From contig NIVC01001946.1 in the NCBI GenBank assembly GCA_002269645.1, positions 62,001 to 126,000 of the forward strand: a stretch of 64,000 nt of DNA, given 5' to 3'. Source of the stretch: Macrostomum lignano (Eukaryota). The notes under the pieces were generated by a model. It was not told the origin of the DNA. It saw nothing but the letters and a program-made list of their open reading frames with translations, and ran no database searches. Positions 63,720-64,000 of this stretch are shown one piece after another (position 1 is the stretch's first letter; each line of letters opens with the position of its first letter). A program made the position numbers and the translations under genes.

Positions 63720-64000
63720 AATTGCCCAGATTTCTGTAATAATCGCCCCAGATTTACATAAAAATCACCTTAGATTTCTATGAAAAATCGCCCCTGTTTC
63801 TATGTAAAATAGCCCCAGATTTCTATGAAGAATCGCTCCAGATTTCTATGAAGAATCACCCCAGATTTCTATGAAGAATCACCCCAGATTTCTATAAATA
63901 ATCGCCCCAGATTTTTAAGAAGAATCGCCCCAGATTTCTATGAAAAATCGCCCCAGATTTCTATGAAGAATCGCCCCAGATTTCTATGAAGAATCACCCC
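63720..64000. repeat. 23-bp intronic minisatellite (CCCAGATTTCTATGAAGAATCAC)
   Basis: Period 23; runs off the window end, in intron 3 of ValRS. Confidence 0.92.

Overview
Eukaryotic (animal) genomic DNA, very rich in minisatellites. The gene style and repeat load resemble a free-living flatworm such as Macrostomum, but that is inference only. I found no prokaryotic operons, CRISPR arrays, rRNA or tRNA genes. Host genes: an orphan 364-aa ORF (2.0-3.1 kb); a signal peptide + fibronectin type II repeats + TM + PPxY protein (6.0-7.6 kb, 1-nt frameshift); an intronless Ala/Thr/Lys-rich orphan ORF (14.2-14.8 kb); a head-to-head pair of 3-exon, degenerate PKA type II regulatory-subunit-like genes (17.0-19.6 kb minus, 22.4-24.4 kb plus); ribosomal protein S6 kinase (minus, 6 well-supported exons, 26.7-33.1 kb); and the 5' part of valyl-tRNA synthetase (from 60.9 kb, running off the window). 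Mobile DNA: three decayed copies of one RTE-like LINE family, a hAT MITE with an 8-bp TSD, two foldback MITE-like elements, a 4.6-kb hAT transposon with intact ends but a dead transposase, and an apparently intact ~10-kb Ty3/Gypsy element (gag, -1 frameshift, pol, small third ORF). Main finding: the Gypsy element carries a ladder of tRNA primer-binding sites (PBS). A perfect 18-nt tRNA-Leu PBS is duplicated inside both terminal repeats, and the target-site duplication sits 69 bp beyond the canonical CA end, right where a second, degenerate PBS begins in the 5' copy. This suggests the copy was primed from the downstream PBS, lengthening its own LTR and integrating with a TG...TA terminus. Second: the divergent pair of PKA-RII-like genes has lost both the cAMP-binding arginine and the inhibitor site.
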